Source of the DNA: Bdellovibrio sp.
GTDB lineage: Bacteria; Bdellovibrionota; Bdellovibrionia; Bdellovibrionales; Bdellovibrionaceae
Direction: 5' to 3'
NCBI GenBank assembly: GCA_036676395.1
Contig: JAKFCY010000002.1
Coordinates: 1,856,001 to 1,920,000, forward strand
DNA length: 64,000 nt
Part shown: positions 29,846 to 39,180 of the stretch, piece after piece
Numbering within the stretch: the stretch's first letter is position 1
Layout of the letters: each line of letters begins with the position of its first letter
Position numbers and translations under genes: made by a program
The notes under the pieces: model-generated
Database searches by the model: none
What the model was told of the DNA's origin: nothing
What the model saw: the letters and a program-made list of their open reading frames with translations, nothing else

Positions 29846-31644
29846 AGCGTTCGGCCAAACTGTTTTTCAATGTCGTTAAATGTAAATTCAACTGACACTG
29901 GTCGCCCATGCGGGCAAAAAGAAGACAGCGGAAACTCATCCATGCTTTTTAGTAACTCAACCATTTCGGCCTGGCTTAGACTTTGCCCGGCACGAACGAC
30001 AGAATGACAGGCCATCGTCGCAAATAAATCGGCGATCGATTTTTCTAATGAATAACTGCCGCCGTAATCATTTAGATCTGTCGCCATTTTATCAAAGATT
30101 TTTGGCAAAGCCGCTTCTTTAACAAACAACGGGGCTGACTTTACGCCGATGACATTGGGGCCTAAAGATTCAATTTCGATTCCCATTTTTGAAATGTCTT
30201 GGGTTTTCGCTAACAAGGCTTCAACTTTTTCAGGCGACATATCTATAGCTAACGGAAATAAAAAATCCTGTTGGTCAATATGGCCGCCTTTCCATTTACG
30301 CATTAACTTTTCAAAAGCCACGCGTTCATGGGCCGCATGTTGATCGACTAAAATCATGCGATCATTTTTTTGACAAACTAAGTAAGTTAAATTGAGTTGT
30401 CCTAAAACTTGTAAGCCTGACCAGAATCCATTCGAAATATTCGTTTCAATAACCGGAGATGAGTCCATTTTAAGCTGCGATAACTGCTCAAGCATATTCA
30501 GCTTAGTTTTAAACTGCGTATTACCTAACGATGAACCCAGATCGGTAAAACGTGTTTGATCCTGAACTTGCATCTGCGGATTCATCTCGCGCACGAAATT
30601 ATAATTCGCTGGTTCGCTCGTTGTCGACCCTTGAGCACCACTCACTTTCGGAACCCATGGTGCCAGTTCTAAACCTTGTCTGACAGCACCGTGCACGGCC
30701 CGAAACGCTTCTGAGGCTTCCTGAAATTTAACTTGTGATTTTGTCGGGTGAATATTGACGTCGATTAAATCTGGTGCACATTCTAAATCAATCACCACTT
30801 GCGGGTATTCACCATGCATTAATAAACTTCTATAGGCTTCAGTGATCGCGGCTTGTAAACCGCGATCTTGAATCCAGCGTTTTTGCGCAAAGATCCAAAT
30901 ATTTTTCGAAGTTTTTTGCGTGTCATGCGGCGAAGAAAAATAAGCTTTTACAATATATGACTTGTAACGGTTTTCTTGCACGAAAATGCGATCTAATCCT
31001 AAAACTTGCGATGCCCGCACTGAAATATCATTCGCGTCGGGCTGAGCTTTAAAAAATAAATCAAGCTTACCATTTTCAATAAGCTTAAATTCGACATGTG
31101 GGTAGACTAACGACAATGCTCTGATCACGTTTCTGATTTGTGCTAGCTCTGCTGAATCTGATTTTAAAAACTTTAAACGTGCGGGAACGTTCTCAAAAAG
31201 GGCATCCACAGTTAACTGCGTGCCTTGATCGATCGATGATGGCATTACATCACTGATTAAGCCAAAATCAGATTTAATTTGAAAAGCTGATTTTGCTTTT
31301 TTCGCTTTACTCATTAATGTCAGTTTTGAAACTGCGGCCACGCTGGCTAAAGCTTCGCCACGAAATCCGTAAGTTGATAAATTCCAGAGATCATTGGTTT
31401 GTGTGATTTTACTGGTCGCATGTCGCTGCAGCGCTAATGGTAAATCTTCTTTCGTAATACCGTCACCGTTATCAGTGATTTTAATAAATTTACCGCCAAA
31501 ATTAACATCGATTTGAATTTGTGTAGAGTTTGCATCAAGACTATTCTCGAGCAATTCTTTCACTAAATGTGAAGGGCGTTCGACGACTTCGCCAGCGGCG
31601 ATCTGATTGACGACATCAGGAGATAAAACTTGAATCGATGACAT
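29842..31644 (-). CDS. mutL: DNA mismatch repair endonuclease MutL
   Basis: QIAAGEVVERP, GFRGEAL, DVNIHPTK, endonuclease motifs DQHAAHER and CPHGRP. Confidence 0.98.
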   Translation of the reverse strand: MSSIQVLSPDVVNQIAAGEVVERPSHLVKELLENSLDANSTQIQIDVNFGGKFIKITDNGDGITKEDLPLALQRHATSKITQTNDLWNLSTYGFRGEALASVAAVSKLTLMSKAKKAKSAFQIKSDFGLISDVMPSSIDQGTQLTVDALFENVPARLKFLKSDSAELAQIRNVIRALSLVYPHVEFKLIENGKLDLFFKAQPDANDISVRASQVLGLDRIFVQENRYKSYIVKAYFSSPHDTQKTSKNIWIFAQKRWIQDRGLQAAITEAYRSLLMHGEYPQVVIDLECAPDLIDVNIHPTKSQVKFQEASEAFRAVHGAVRQGLELAPWVPKVSGAQGSTTSEPANYNFVREMNPQMQVQDQTRFTDLGSSLGNTQFKTKLNMLEQLSQLKMDSSPVIETNISNGFWSGLQVLGQLNLTYLVCQKNDRMILVDQHAAHERVAFEKLMRKWKGGHIDQQDFLFPLAIDMSPEKVEALLAKTQDISKMGIEIESLGPNVIGVKSAPLFVKEAALPKIFDKMATDLNDYGGSYSLEKSIADLFATMACHSVVRAGQSLSQAEMVELLKSMDEFPLSSFCPHGRPVSVEFTFNDIEKQFGRTL

Positions 31645-31661
31645 AGGCTTTTATAAAAAAC

Positions 31662-32525
31662 TTAGAATAAAAAGCCAACTCCAAAACCGCCGTAACCCTC
31701 TTTATCCCAAAAGTAACGTAAACCTAAATCGATGGTCAAATATCGGCTATGTAGCATTATTCCGGCCTGAACATCTAATCCTGCCGTCAGATCTTGAAGA
31801 TTGTACTTACTTTGAGGACGTAATGGCGCATCTTGAATGGCAAAGTAGGAATAGCGTAAAAAAGGGCCTGCGCCGTAACGTAAAGATGTGTTTGAATTTA
31901 AGGCAGAAATATTTGAAATTCCTGCAGCGCCCCAAAAAACTGCGCCTGAAGTTTTAGCTCCGGTCTTATCAGCATAATAATCTGGGGGTTTTGTAGCCAC
32001 CATCAAATCATAGGCCAGGCCCGATTGATAATTACCCTGCATCGGTTGATAACGAAAACCATAAGCCGCAAGATCTGCAACCTGAATTCCACCCATCGTG
32101 TCTTCACGAAAGTTAATAATTGAAAACGTCACACCTTTGTAATTGATGTTTGGGTTCTCAGTGTCGTCTTCAGCCTCTTCGTCTTCCATTTCACGTTTGG
32201 CGCGTTTGGCATTTTTATCAATATCATCGCCTTTAAAGCTTTGTTCTTTAACAGTGCCAATACCTTCGATGTTTAAATCTGTATCTGGAATATACCCGAT
32301 TGTTCCATCTTTAAATTTAACTTTGTAAAAAGGGCCGTAGGTTTTTTTTGAAACTAAAAACGATTGATCGGGGTCTACTGAACCAATGACCGCGGCATCA
32401 AAATCCGGGGTGCCATAAACATCAGTGTCTGGATTTAAAACGTGAGCTTTGTTTTGCGCTGAAGCAAATGAACTGCATAAACAAAAAATGATGATTAAAA
32501 AAATCGGCGAAGCTAGTCTCATCAC
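31662..32525 (-). CDS. Secreted protein with an SH3-like domain and probable C-terminal beta-barrel
   Basis: Signal peptide (ASA); FYKVKFKDGTIGYI; terminal GFGVGFLF. Confidence 0.6.
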   Translation of the reverse strand: MMRLASPIFLIIIFCLCSSFASAQNKAHVLNPDTDVYGTPDFDAAVIGSVDPDQSFLVSKKTYGPFYKVKFKDGTIGYIPDTDLNIEGIGTVKEQSFKGDDIDKNAKRAKREMEDEEAEDDTENPNINYKGVTFSIINFREDTMGGIQVADLAAYGFRYQPMQGNYQSGLAYDLMVATKPPDYYADKTGAKTSGAVFWGAAGISNISALNSNTSLRYGAGPFLRYSYFAIQDAPLRPQSKYNLQDLTAGLDVQAGIMLHSRYLTIDLGLRYFWDKEGYGGFGVGFLF

Positions 32526-32547
32526 CCGTCATTATTAAATCAACGGA

Positions 32548-32958
32548 TTAACCACGCAAGGATAAATTGTCGCCGCCATAACTTGGCGCACGGCGAGTTG
32601 GTAAATTCAAAGCTGGTTTTAGTAAAAATGCGGGATCTTCTGAGCGTGTTTTCATGAATGCTTTAATTTTAACTGCCGCAAGCTCGGGGTTTTTCATATA
32701 AAGCATCGGATCAAATCCACAATGCTGACACAGTAAGGATTGGCGCCAGCGAAGCTTGGTGCAGCTTTCGCCCACCAGTAACAGTGTTCCTAAAATTACA
32801 AGGCCACGTACATCCGGCTGGTGCCAGATCACAAACGTCATGACGTAACTTAATAGCACCATACCAATAATACCCATCATACTCAGATGCTTACTGGTGT
32901 ATACTTTACGGGTATTTTTGCAAAAGGCGCAGTAGCAAGATTTACGATTTTGGATCAT
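32548..32958 (-). CDS. Hypothetical membrane protein with two CxxC motifs
   Basis: CAFC, two TM helices, CQHC. ATG at 32958 with SD AAGGA (the ORF track extends to 32988). Confidence 0.7.
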   Translation of the reverse strand: MIQNRKSCYCAFCKNTRKVYTSKHLSMMGIIGMVLLSYVMTFVIWHQPDVRGLVILGTLLLVGESCTKLRWRQSLLCQHCGFDPMLYMKNPELAAVKIKAFMKTRSEDPAFLLKPALNLPTRRAPSYGGDNLSLRG

Positions 32959-33047
32959 TTGTATTTCCTTGTATTTCCAGTTTGCCAAAGAATAGGTTTA
33001 TTTTCTATTCTGAGACTCATAATAACAAAGGATTAGCCTTAAGCCCG

Positions 33048-33536
33048 ATGAAGATAGAACTCAAACCAAACTGTTTACTGACTAAACGCCCTCTGAAACT
33101 GGTCTCTGGTCCTAAGAGCATCTTTTTCTACCGCGCACCCTGGGGCTTGCTGCCCGAGGTTCTCTATGAACATGGCTACCGTGCTTCGGTGATGCAACTG
33201 CCTTTTAACGACAAAAAGCTACGCCAAAAAGCCTTCACTAACCGCCTTGCTGAACTTAACGATTGTCACATTGTGATCGATGAAAAAACCTATCAAGAAT
33301 TTTCAAGCCTTTTGAAAAACGTAAAAAATTCGACAATCACCATCATTGGCGACAACTACAAACCCGCATACACTACAACTTCGCTAACCTACAATTTACA
33401 TCGGACTTGGCTTAAGTTTTTAGGGTTTGAAGCGACCTCTCCACAAAATTTGTTTCTGAATGCCGATAAAAACACCTGGTATGCCTTTATAGATCACTGC
33501 GTGAAATTAGCAGAACTTGATTTCCTTTCGGAATAA
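33048..33536 (+). CDS. Hypothetical protein
   Basis: Long ORF leading a three-gene plus-strand unit. Probable ATG 33048 (the ORF track starts at 32982). Confidence 0.6.
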   Translation: MKIELKPNCLLTKRPLKLVSGPKSIFFYRAPWGLLPEVLYEHGYRASVMQLPFNDKKLRQKAFTNRLAELNDCHIVIDEKTYQEFSSLLKNVKNSTITIIGDNYKPAYTTTSLTYNLHRTWLKFLGFEATSPQNLFLNADKNTWYAFIDHCVKLAELDFLSE

Positions 33537-33546
33537 GAGATAATTT

Positions 33547-33564
33547 GTTGTGCTGAAAGCACAC
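33547..33564 (+). repeat. Short intergenic hairpin repeat GTTGTGCTGAAAGCACAC (copy 2)
   Basis: 17/18 identical to 4254..4271; perfect stem TGTGCT/AGCACA. Confidence 0.55.
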
Positions 33565-33574
33565 AAGGAAACAG

Positions 33575-34117
33575 ATGAGAGAAGTTAATCCGCAAATGGA
33601 ACCCCAAAAAGCGAATGTTCGCGAAATTCTGAATTACTTAAAAGAATTCGTGCAAAATCCGGTTTTAAAAATTACTGAAATTCCTTCTTGGGATTGGATG
33701 TCTTTGATCATCGTGCAAATCACTTTTGCAGTTGTTTCTGGTGTTTTAGCCGGAGCCATCAAGCTGAATTTACTTCGCGCGCTGTCGGGTATTTTTCTAA
33801 TGCCGATCGTGTCGACGATTTCGAGCATGCTTTTAACCACATTTTTCTATTATTATTTTCAATTTTTTGAAAACCGCACTGAAAGCTATCGTCGCATTTT
33901 TGCCTTCGTCACTTTAGCTTCAATTCCCTTTTATATTTTTCAAATTGCTTCTGAGTATTTTCCGCCGGTGACTTTAGTGGGTTTTGGTTTTACCAGCTTA
34001 CTTTGCGTTGTCGGGCTATCAGAAAACTTCAGGGTTGATCGTAAACGCGCTTACCAAATCGCGGTCTTTTTATACCTTTTAGTGTTAGCTACGTGGTTAT
34101 TAAATAAATATATATGA
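33575..34117 (+). CDS. Yip1-like multi-pass membrane protein
   Basis: About five TM helices; SD AAGGA. Confidence 0.6.
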   Translation: MREVNPQMEPQKANVREILNYLKEFVQNPVLKITEIPSWDWMSLIIVQITFAVVSGVLAGAIKLNLLRALSGIFLMPIVSTISSMLLTTFFYYYFQFFENRTESYRRIFAFVTLASIPFYIFQIASEYFPPVTLVGFGFTSLLCVVGLSENFRVDRKRAYQIAVFLYLLVLATWLLNKYI

Positions 34118-34452
34118 GCCGTATTAAAACCTATTCAGAATTTTGGTTTTTTTATTTACAAGAACATTCGCATGCGATGAACCGCAACTTACATTTTATC
34201 GGCACAACATTAGTTTTGATTTTTATTAGCCTTGCTCTGGCCACTGGCAATTATAATATTTTTTGGCTGTGCCCGCTTGCGGGATACGCTTTTGCCTGGG
34301 TAGGGCATTTTAAAATTGAACACAACCGACCGGCAACGTTTAAACACCCGTTTTGGAGTTTGATTTCAGATTTTAAAATGTATTTCTACTTCTTAAGTGG
34401 AAAGCTCAATTCCGAAATCGAAAAATCTAAAGACTATAATTTTAACAGCTAA
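34114..34452 (+). CDS. DUF962/Mpo1-like membrane protein
   Basis: FWFFYLQEH, NRNLHFIG, AWVGHF, EHNRPATF, SLISDF. Confidence 0.85.
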   Translation: MSRIKTYSEFWFFYLQEHSHAMNRNLHFIGTTLVLIFISLALATGNYNIFWLCPLAGYAFAWVGHFKIEHNRPATFKHPFWSLISDFKMYFYFLSGKLNSEIEKSKDYNFNS

Positions 34453-34458
34453 ATTTAA

Positions 34459-35250
34459 CTAAGGTTTCTTTTCAAAAAAAGCATCAACTGCTGTTTCATG
34501 ATCTTTAGTTCTTTGCGTGATACCTTGAAACGCAGCCAGTAAATCTAAATTCACCTGCAAATCATTACGATAAGCTGCTTTTAAAGATTTTTTAGCCATT
34601 TGCACAGCGACTGCAGGAAGGCCCGCAATCTTAGTGGCAAGCAATGTCACTTCTTTTTCTAAATCAGCTGTTTCAACAAAATAATTCATTAAGCCAAAAT
34701 CAAAAGCTTTTTTGCCAGAAATAATTTCAGCAGTCATCGTCATTTGCATGGCTTTAGAGAACCCCACAACTCGAGTTAAAAAATAAGTTCCGCCGTCTCC
34801 TGGAACTAATCCAAGTTTTGCAAAAGTTTCGCCAAAACGCGATTCTTCACAGCCAACACGCAAATCACACATCATCGCTAAATCGTTGCCCGCACCTATT
34901 GCAGGGCCATTGACCATGGCAATAATAGGTTTAGATAGATCTTCCATACATTTAGGAATTTTTTGAATGCCATGCATATAGCGCATACGTAATTCGTTTG
35001 AATCTCCCTGAAACATGCCCGACTTTTCTTTCATCGCTTGCACATCGCCACCGGCTGAAAAAGCTCTGCCTGCACCGCAAATCACGATGACTTTCACATC
35101 AGGGTTCATATCGGCCTTAAAAAGTGTTGCCACCAATGAATCAATCATTTCATAGCTAATGGCGTTCAGTTTTTCTGGGTTATTCAAGGTAATCCAAAGT
35201 TGATTTTGATTTTTCATTTCAGACATTAAGTGCGGCAGATTTTGTGTCAT
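34459..35250 (-). CDS. Enoyl-CoA hydratase/isomerase family protein
   Basis: LNNPEKLNA, FSAGGD, KPIIAMVNGPAIGAG, CDLR, GLVPGDGG. Confidence 0.92.
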   Translation of the reverse strand: MTQNLPHLMSEMKNQNQLWITLNNPEKLNAISYEMIDSLVATLFKADMNPDVKVIVICGAGRAFSAGGDVQAMKEKSGMFQGDSNELRMRYMHGIQKIPKCMEDLSKPIIAMVNGPAIGAGNDLAMMCDLRVGCEESRFGETFAKLGLVPGDGGTYFLTRVVGFSKAMQMTMTAEIISGKKAFDFGLMNYFVETADLEKEVTLLATKIAGLPAVAVQMAKKSLKAAYRNDLQVNLDLLAAFQGITQRTKDHETAVDAFFEKKP

Positions 35251-35268
35251 TACAAGTTTCCTCTTTTA

Positions 35269-36360
35269 CTATATTAACGAGAAAGATAGGTAAAATACAC
35301 CTTCTGATTTCGGCATATTCGTTTCATTTTTTACTTTGTCGTAAGCTTCTGTGTATCTTTGGTCGTTGTTAGATAATGATTTTGCGAATTCTAAATTATT
35401 TAGCGCCTGAATGCGATCACCTTTACTCCAAGACGCCCAGGCTAAATAATAATAGCGAAGTGCCTGCAATTTTGAATCTTCTTTTACGCTTGGAAAAGCA
35501 TTTATTAGTTTTGCCCCGCCATTTTCTGAATGAATTAAGCCATACATATACATTTCGCGCATTTCGATATCACGCGGATTTAATTTATAAGCCTGTTCTA
35601 ACTTCGGAAACAGCTGCCCGCCTTCAGCATAAACTATGGGTTTCTGACCGAAGCCAACGGCTTTTATATAAATTTTCAGAGCTTCGAAGTCATTCGGGTA
35701 TGAAGCTATTAAGGTTTGCACCATCGACACCATCAGAGGTGGATTTTTAACCTGTTTTAAAAGTTGAGCCTGAATTTTTCGCTGTAGAACACTTTGAGTT
35801 AAACTTTTAACGTCGACATCATCTGCATACTGAAAATCAGTGACGTAAGCTTGATAGACTTTTAAAAAAGCCTTACACATAACACTTTCGATGACTTCAT
35901 TAACTTGCGCGGTATTTTTTTTATTTCCGATCAGACATTTATCGGCAACACTCAGATCGCCTGACTCTGGAAAAGTAAAACATTTGATATCGTATTTACC
36001 AGGATCATTTTTACGGGCTTCAACGAGCTCCGCATGACTGTTCTTTTTTAAAAGATCATCATGCTGAAGTTTACAGTATGAACTCTTTAAAAATGTTTCT
36101 TCAGCGCTTAAAGTTTTTGCAACCGCTTCAGGCAGCGGTGGCGGAGGCGGAGGCACAGTTTGTGACACTTCACTTAACGGCGGCGGCGGCGGTATCGCCT
36201 GACTTTGGGTAGCAATTACTTCAGCTTTTGGAACAAACTCTTCTTTTGCAACGATCACACCTAAAAAATTATTTGTATAACTATACCAAACAATCACGGC
36301 AACGACGACCGCTACGGCAAAAAATAAATTCGCCGCAAGATCTTTCACAATGAATCCCAT
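35269..36360 (-). CDS. Membrane-anchored Cys-containing TPR-like protein (paralogue B)
   Basis: N-terminal TM, poly-Pro linker, helical TPR-like C-terminus; similar to the neighbouring gene. Confidence 0.7.
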   Translation of the reverse strand: MGFIVKDLAANLFFAVAVVVAVIVWYSYTNNFLGVIVAKEEFVPKAEVIATQSQAIPPPPPLSEVSQTVPPPPPPLPEAVAKTLSAEETFLKSSYCKLQHDDLLKKNSHAELVEARKNDPGKYDIKCFTFPESGDLSVADKCLIGNKKNTAQVNEVIESVMCKAFLKVYQAYVTDFQYADDVDVKSLTQSVLQRKIQAQLLKQVKNPPLMVSMVQTLIASYPNDFEALKIYIKAVGFGQKPIVYAEGGQLFPKLEQAYKLNPRDIEMREMYMYGLIHSENGGAKLINAFPSVKEDSKLQALRYYYLAWASWSKGDRIQALNNLEFAKSLSNNDQRYTEAYDKVKNETNMPKSEGVFYLSFSLI

Positions 36361-37427
36361 TCAGGCATAAGTTCAAAATCTAAATCAAAAATATTATGTT
36401 GCCCGAAAACAACTTTTTTATCGTTCACTTTTTTTAACGTCTTTTCAAATAAATATTTGTGTTTCACACTTTTTTGCACACCCGTAGTAAGGTGTAGTTT
36501 TGTTTTTTCAAAGCTGGATTTGTGTATCCAGTAAAACCAAGCATAAAAATAGTAGGCGTAAAAATCATCTCTCAAAAATTCAAGTTCTGTTAATTTAAAA
36601 AGTCCCCGTTCAGAAACCATTACGCTGTAAGCGACAAACTGCTGAATTTCTTTATCCTGAGGCGCAAGCTTATAGGCCTTCATTATATATGGATACACTG
36701 GCCCTGCACTTGAGAAATCATGCACAGGAAGAAGATATTGCGCGATCAAATACAGCTTCAAAGCCTTTAGCTGATTAGGTGCGCGGCGAAGCACTTCGTC
36801 TGCCAAAGTTTTTTGTAATTCATCATCATAGTGTAAACGGGCTACAAATTGCGCAATCAATTTAGCCCGAAGAATATCCTCAGGCATATTATTAATATCT
36901 GTTACATCAGTATAAAAATAATCAGTTAGCATGAATTTGTAATAAGTCAGAAACGCATCACATAAAGCGTCTGCAACCACGCTATTCGTATCACTGTTTT
37001 TATAAATGACTTCAGTTGATGGTTTATCAGTGCAACTTTTAATGTCCATCCCTTTTACAGTTGGAATAGCAAAACAGTTGTTATCCATGAACGCCGGATT
37101 TTTTTCAAGCGCTTCACGAAAGACTTTTCCGCTGGGAATTCTAAGCATTTCTTGAAATTGAGCCTTACAGAATGGACTATTGGGAAGATTCTCAGAAGTT
37201 TTAACAACGGCTGCTGAAACTGCAACTGAAACCAATGCTGGAGCAGAAGCAGATGCTACAGCTACTGGGCCAGAAACTACTGCGGTATGAGTTACGATTG
37301 CCGATGTAAGAACTTGAACTTCTTGAGCAGCAAGGTCTCCACTGAAATAATTCGATAGAAGAGTCCACAGAACAACTGCAACAAGTACTAAAACTACCAG
37401 CCCAGCTTTTACTGCAGATTTATTCAC
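36345..37427 (-). CDS. Membrane-anchored Cys-containing TPR-like protein (paralogue A)
   Basis: N-terminal TM, Ala/Val/Ser linker, same Cys pattern as the neighbouring gene. Confidence 0.7.
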   Translation of the reverse strand: MNKSAVKAGLVVLVLVAVVLWTLLSNYFSGDLAAQEVQVLTSAIVTHTAVVSGPVAVASASAPALVSVAVSAAVVKTSENLPNSPFCKAQFQEMLRIPSGKVFREALEKNPAFMDNNCFAIPTVKGMDIKSCTDKPSTEVIYKNSDTNSVVADALCDAFLTYYKFMLTDYFYTDVTDINNMPEDILRAKLIAQFVARLHYDDELQKTLADEVLRRAPNQLKALKLYLIAQYLLPVHDFSSAGPVYPYIMKAYKLAPQDKEIQQFVAYSVMVSERGLFKLTELEFLRDDFYAYYFYAWFYWIHKSSFEKTKLHLTTGVQKSVKHKYLFEKTLKKVNDKKVVFGQHNIFDLDFELMPEWDSL

Positions 37428-37867
37428 TAAGCTCTTCCTGTTGAACCAAATCCACCAGCACCACGTGCTGTATCAGAAAGCTCTTCCACTAATTGAAAGC
37501 TAGCTTGAATAATCGGACAAATCACAAACTGTGCGCAACGTTCTTGATCGTTGATCACAATCGGCTCTTGACCAAGGTTAACTAAAATCACTTTCACTTC
37601 ACCACGGTAATCAGCATCGATTGTACCAGGTGTATTTAACACTGATAAACCTTGTTTGGCTGCTAAACCACTGCGCGGGCGACATTGAATTTCATAACCT
37701 ACCGGAATTTCAAAAGTTAAACCTGTCGGAACCATCGCGCGCTCCATAGGCTTTAAAGTTAATGGTTGCTCTAACTGAGCACGCACATCAAAACCACTTG
37801 CACCATGCGATTGGTAAGCCGGAAGTTCACCTTTGAAATGTGGCCATTTTTTAATTTTAACTTGCAT
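37427..37867 (-). CDS. dut: dUTP diphosphatase
   Basis: [34 protein letters not shown] at 37867 with SD AGGAG. Confidence 0.97.
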   Translation of the reverse strand: MQVKIKKWPHFKGELPAYQSHGASGFDVRAQLEQPLTLKPMERAMVPTGLTFEIPVGYEIQCRPRSGLAAKQGLSVLNTPGTIDADYRGEVKVILVNLGQEPIVINDQERCAQFVICPIIQASFQLVEELSDTARGAGGFGSTGRA

Positions 37868-37899
37868 AACTATCTCCTGCCGCGCTTTTAGCGCGAGTC

Positions 37900-39174
37900 C
37901 TATTTTTTCGCAAAATTGATAGCATTCACCCATGGTTTCATTTTTGAAACATGAGGTCCCATAAGGATGACAGCCATCTTTTCCAAATCAAAATGTTCTT
38001 TAAGATACATCTTGATTGATTTTTCACTTACGGCTTCAACTTCTTGAATGACTTTTTCAACTGAACGATAATCTGCAAAAATCATTTCATTCACACCCAG
38101 TGAAGTCATACGGTTATCAATATCGTCAGAACCCATTAATAATTGGCCACGCACTTGGGTTTTAAATAAATCTAAATCCGATTTTTTAATTCCATCTTTT
38201 TTAATTTTTAATAATTCATCTTTAATAATGCTAATAACTTTTTTAACTTTTGTGGGATCAGTGCCGGCATAAATGGTGATATTGCCACAATCGACTTGCG
38301 TATTTAAAGACGAAAATACGCTATAAGCTAAACCCTGCTTTTCACGCACGGCTTGATAAAGTTTAGACGTCATACCACCGCCTAATAACGAATTCACAAT
38401 AAATGCTTCAAAGCGGTATTTATCGTGAAAGCTGGTCGCTGGCAGGGCCAAAAGAATATGAACCTGTTCTGAATCATCATCGTAAAATTTACGTGTGGCT
38501 TTCCAGCGGGGCGCCCGACGCACATTGGGCACATCAAAAGTTTTGCGGGTGCGAAACATTTTTTGCGCTTCGATAACCAAGGCATCATGCTCTAAAGGGC
38601 CAGCTGCAGAAACGATTAAGTTACTACCCTGGTAAAACTTCTTATAGAAGTCGTAGACCTTTTTTTGTGTCATCTTTGATAGAGTGTCACTTTTACCTAA
38701 GATCTGACGACCTAAGGGATGATTGGCGTAACAGTGTTCGAATAGGTAATCGTAAATAATTTCTTCTGGCGAATCATCACTCATTTGAATTTCTTGTAGA
38801 ACGACTTTTTTTTCTAATTCAAAGTCTTTCTTAGAAATTTTCATATTACAAACCAGATCAGATAAAACTTCTAAGCCGATCTTCCAGTCTTCTTTTAAAA
38901 CTGTGCAATGGTAAGTCGTTTGTTCACGAGTTGTGTAAGCGTTAAGTTCTCCGCCTAAAGATTCTAAAGACCTTGCGATTTGATAAGCATTACGCTTCTT
39001 GGTGCCCTTAAAAACTAAGTGCTCAACAAAATGCGAAATACCGATTTCTTCTGGATCTTCATCGCGCGTGCCGGTTAACACCCACACACCTAATGCGACA
39101 GATTTAGAGTGCGGATGATATTCACTCACCACGCGCACTCCATTAGATAAAGTCGATTTTTTAAAATGTGACAA
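37900..39174 (-). CDS. M16-family (pitrilysin-like) zinc peptidase
   Basis: Inverted zinc motif [18 protein letters not shown]; usual position after pnp. Confidence 0.93.
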   Translation of the reverse strand: MSHFKKSTLSNGVRVVSEYHPHSKSVALGVWVLTGTRDEDPEEIGISHFVEHLVFKGTKKRNAYQIARSLESLGGELNAYTTREQTTYHCTVLKEDWKIGLEVLSDLVCNMKISKKDFELEKKVVLQEIQMSDDSPEEIIYDYLFEHCYANHPLGRQILGKSDTLSKMTQKKVYDFYKKFYQGSNLIVSAAGPLEHDALVIEAQKMFRTRKTFDVPNVRRAPRWKATRKFYDDDSEQVHILLALPATSFHDKYRFEAFIVNSLLGGGMTSKLYQAVREKQGLAYSVFSSLNTQVDCGNITIYAGTDPTKVKKVISIIKDELLKIKKDGIKKSDLDLFKTQVRGQLLMGSDDIDNRMTSLGVNEMIFADYRSVEKVIQEVEAVSEKSIKMYLKEHFDLEKMAVILMGPHVSKMKPWVNAINFAKK

Positions 39175-39180
39175 TGATAA

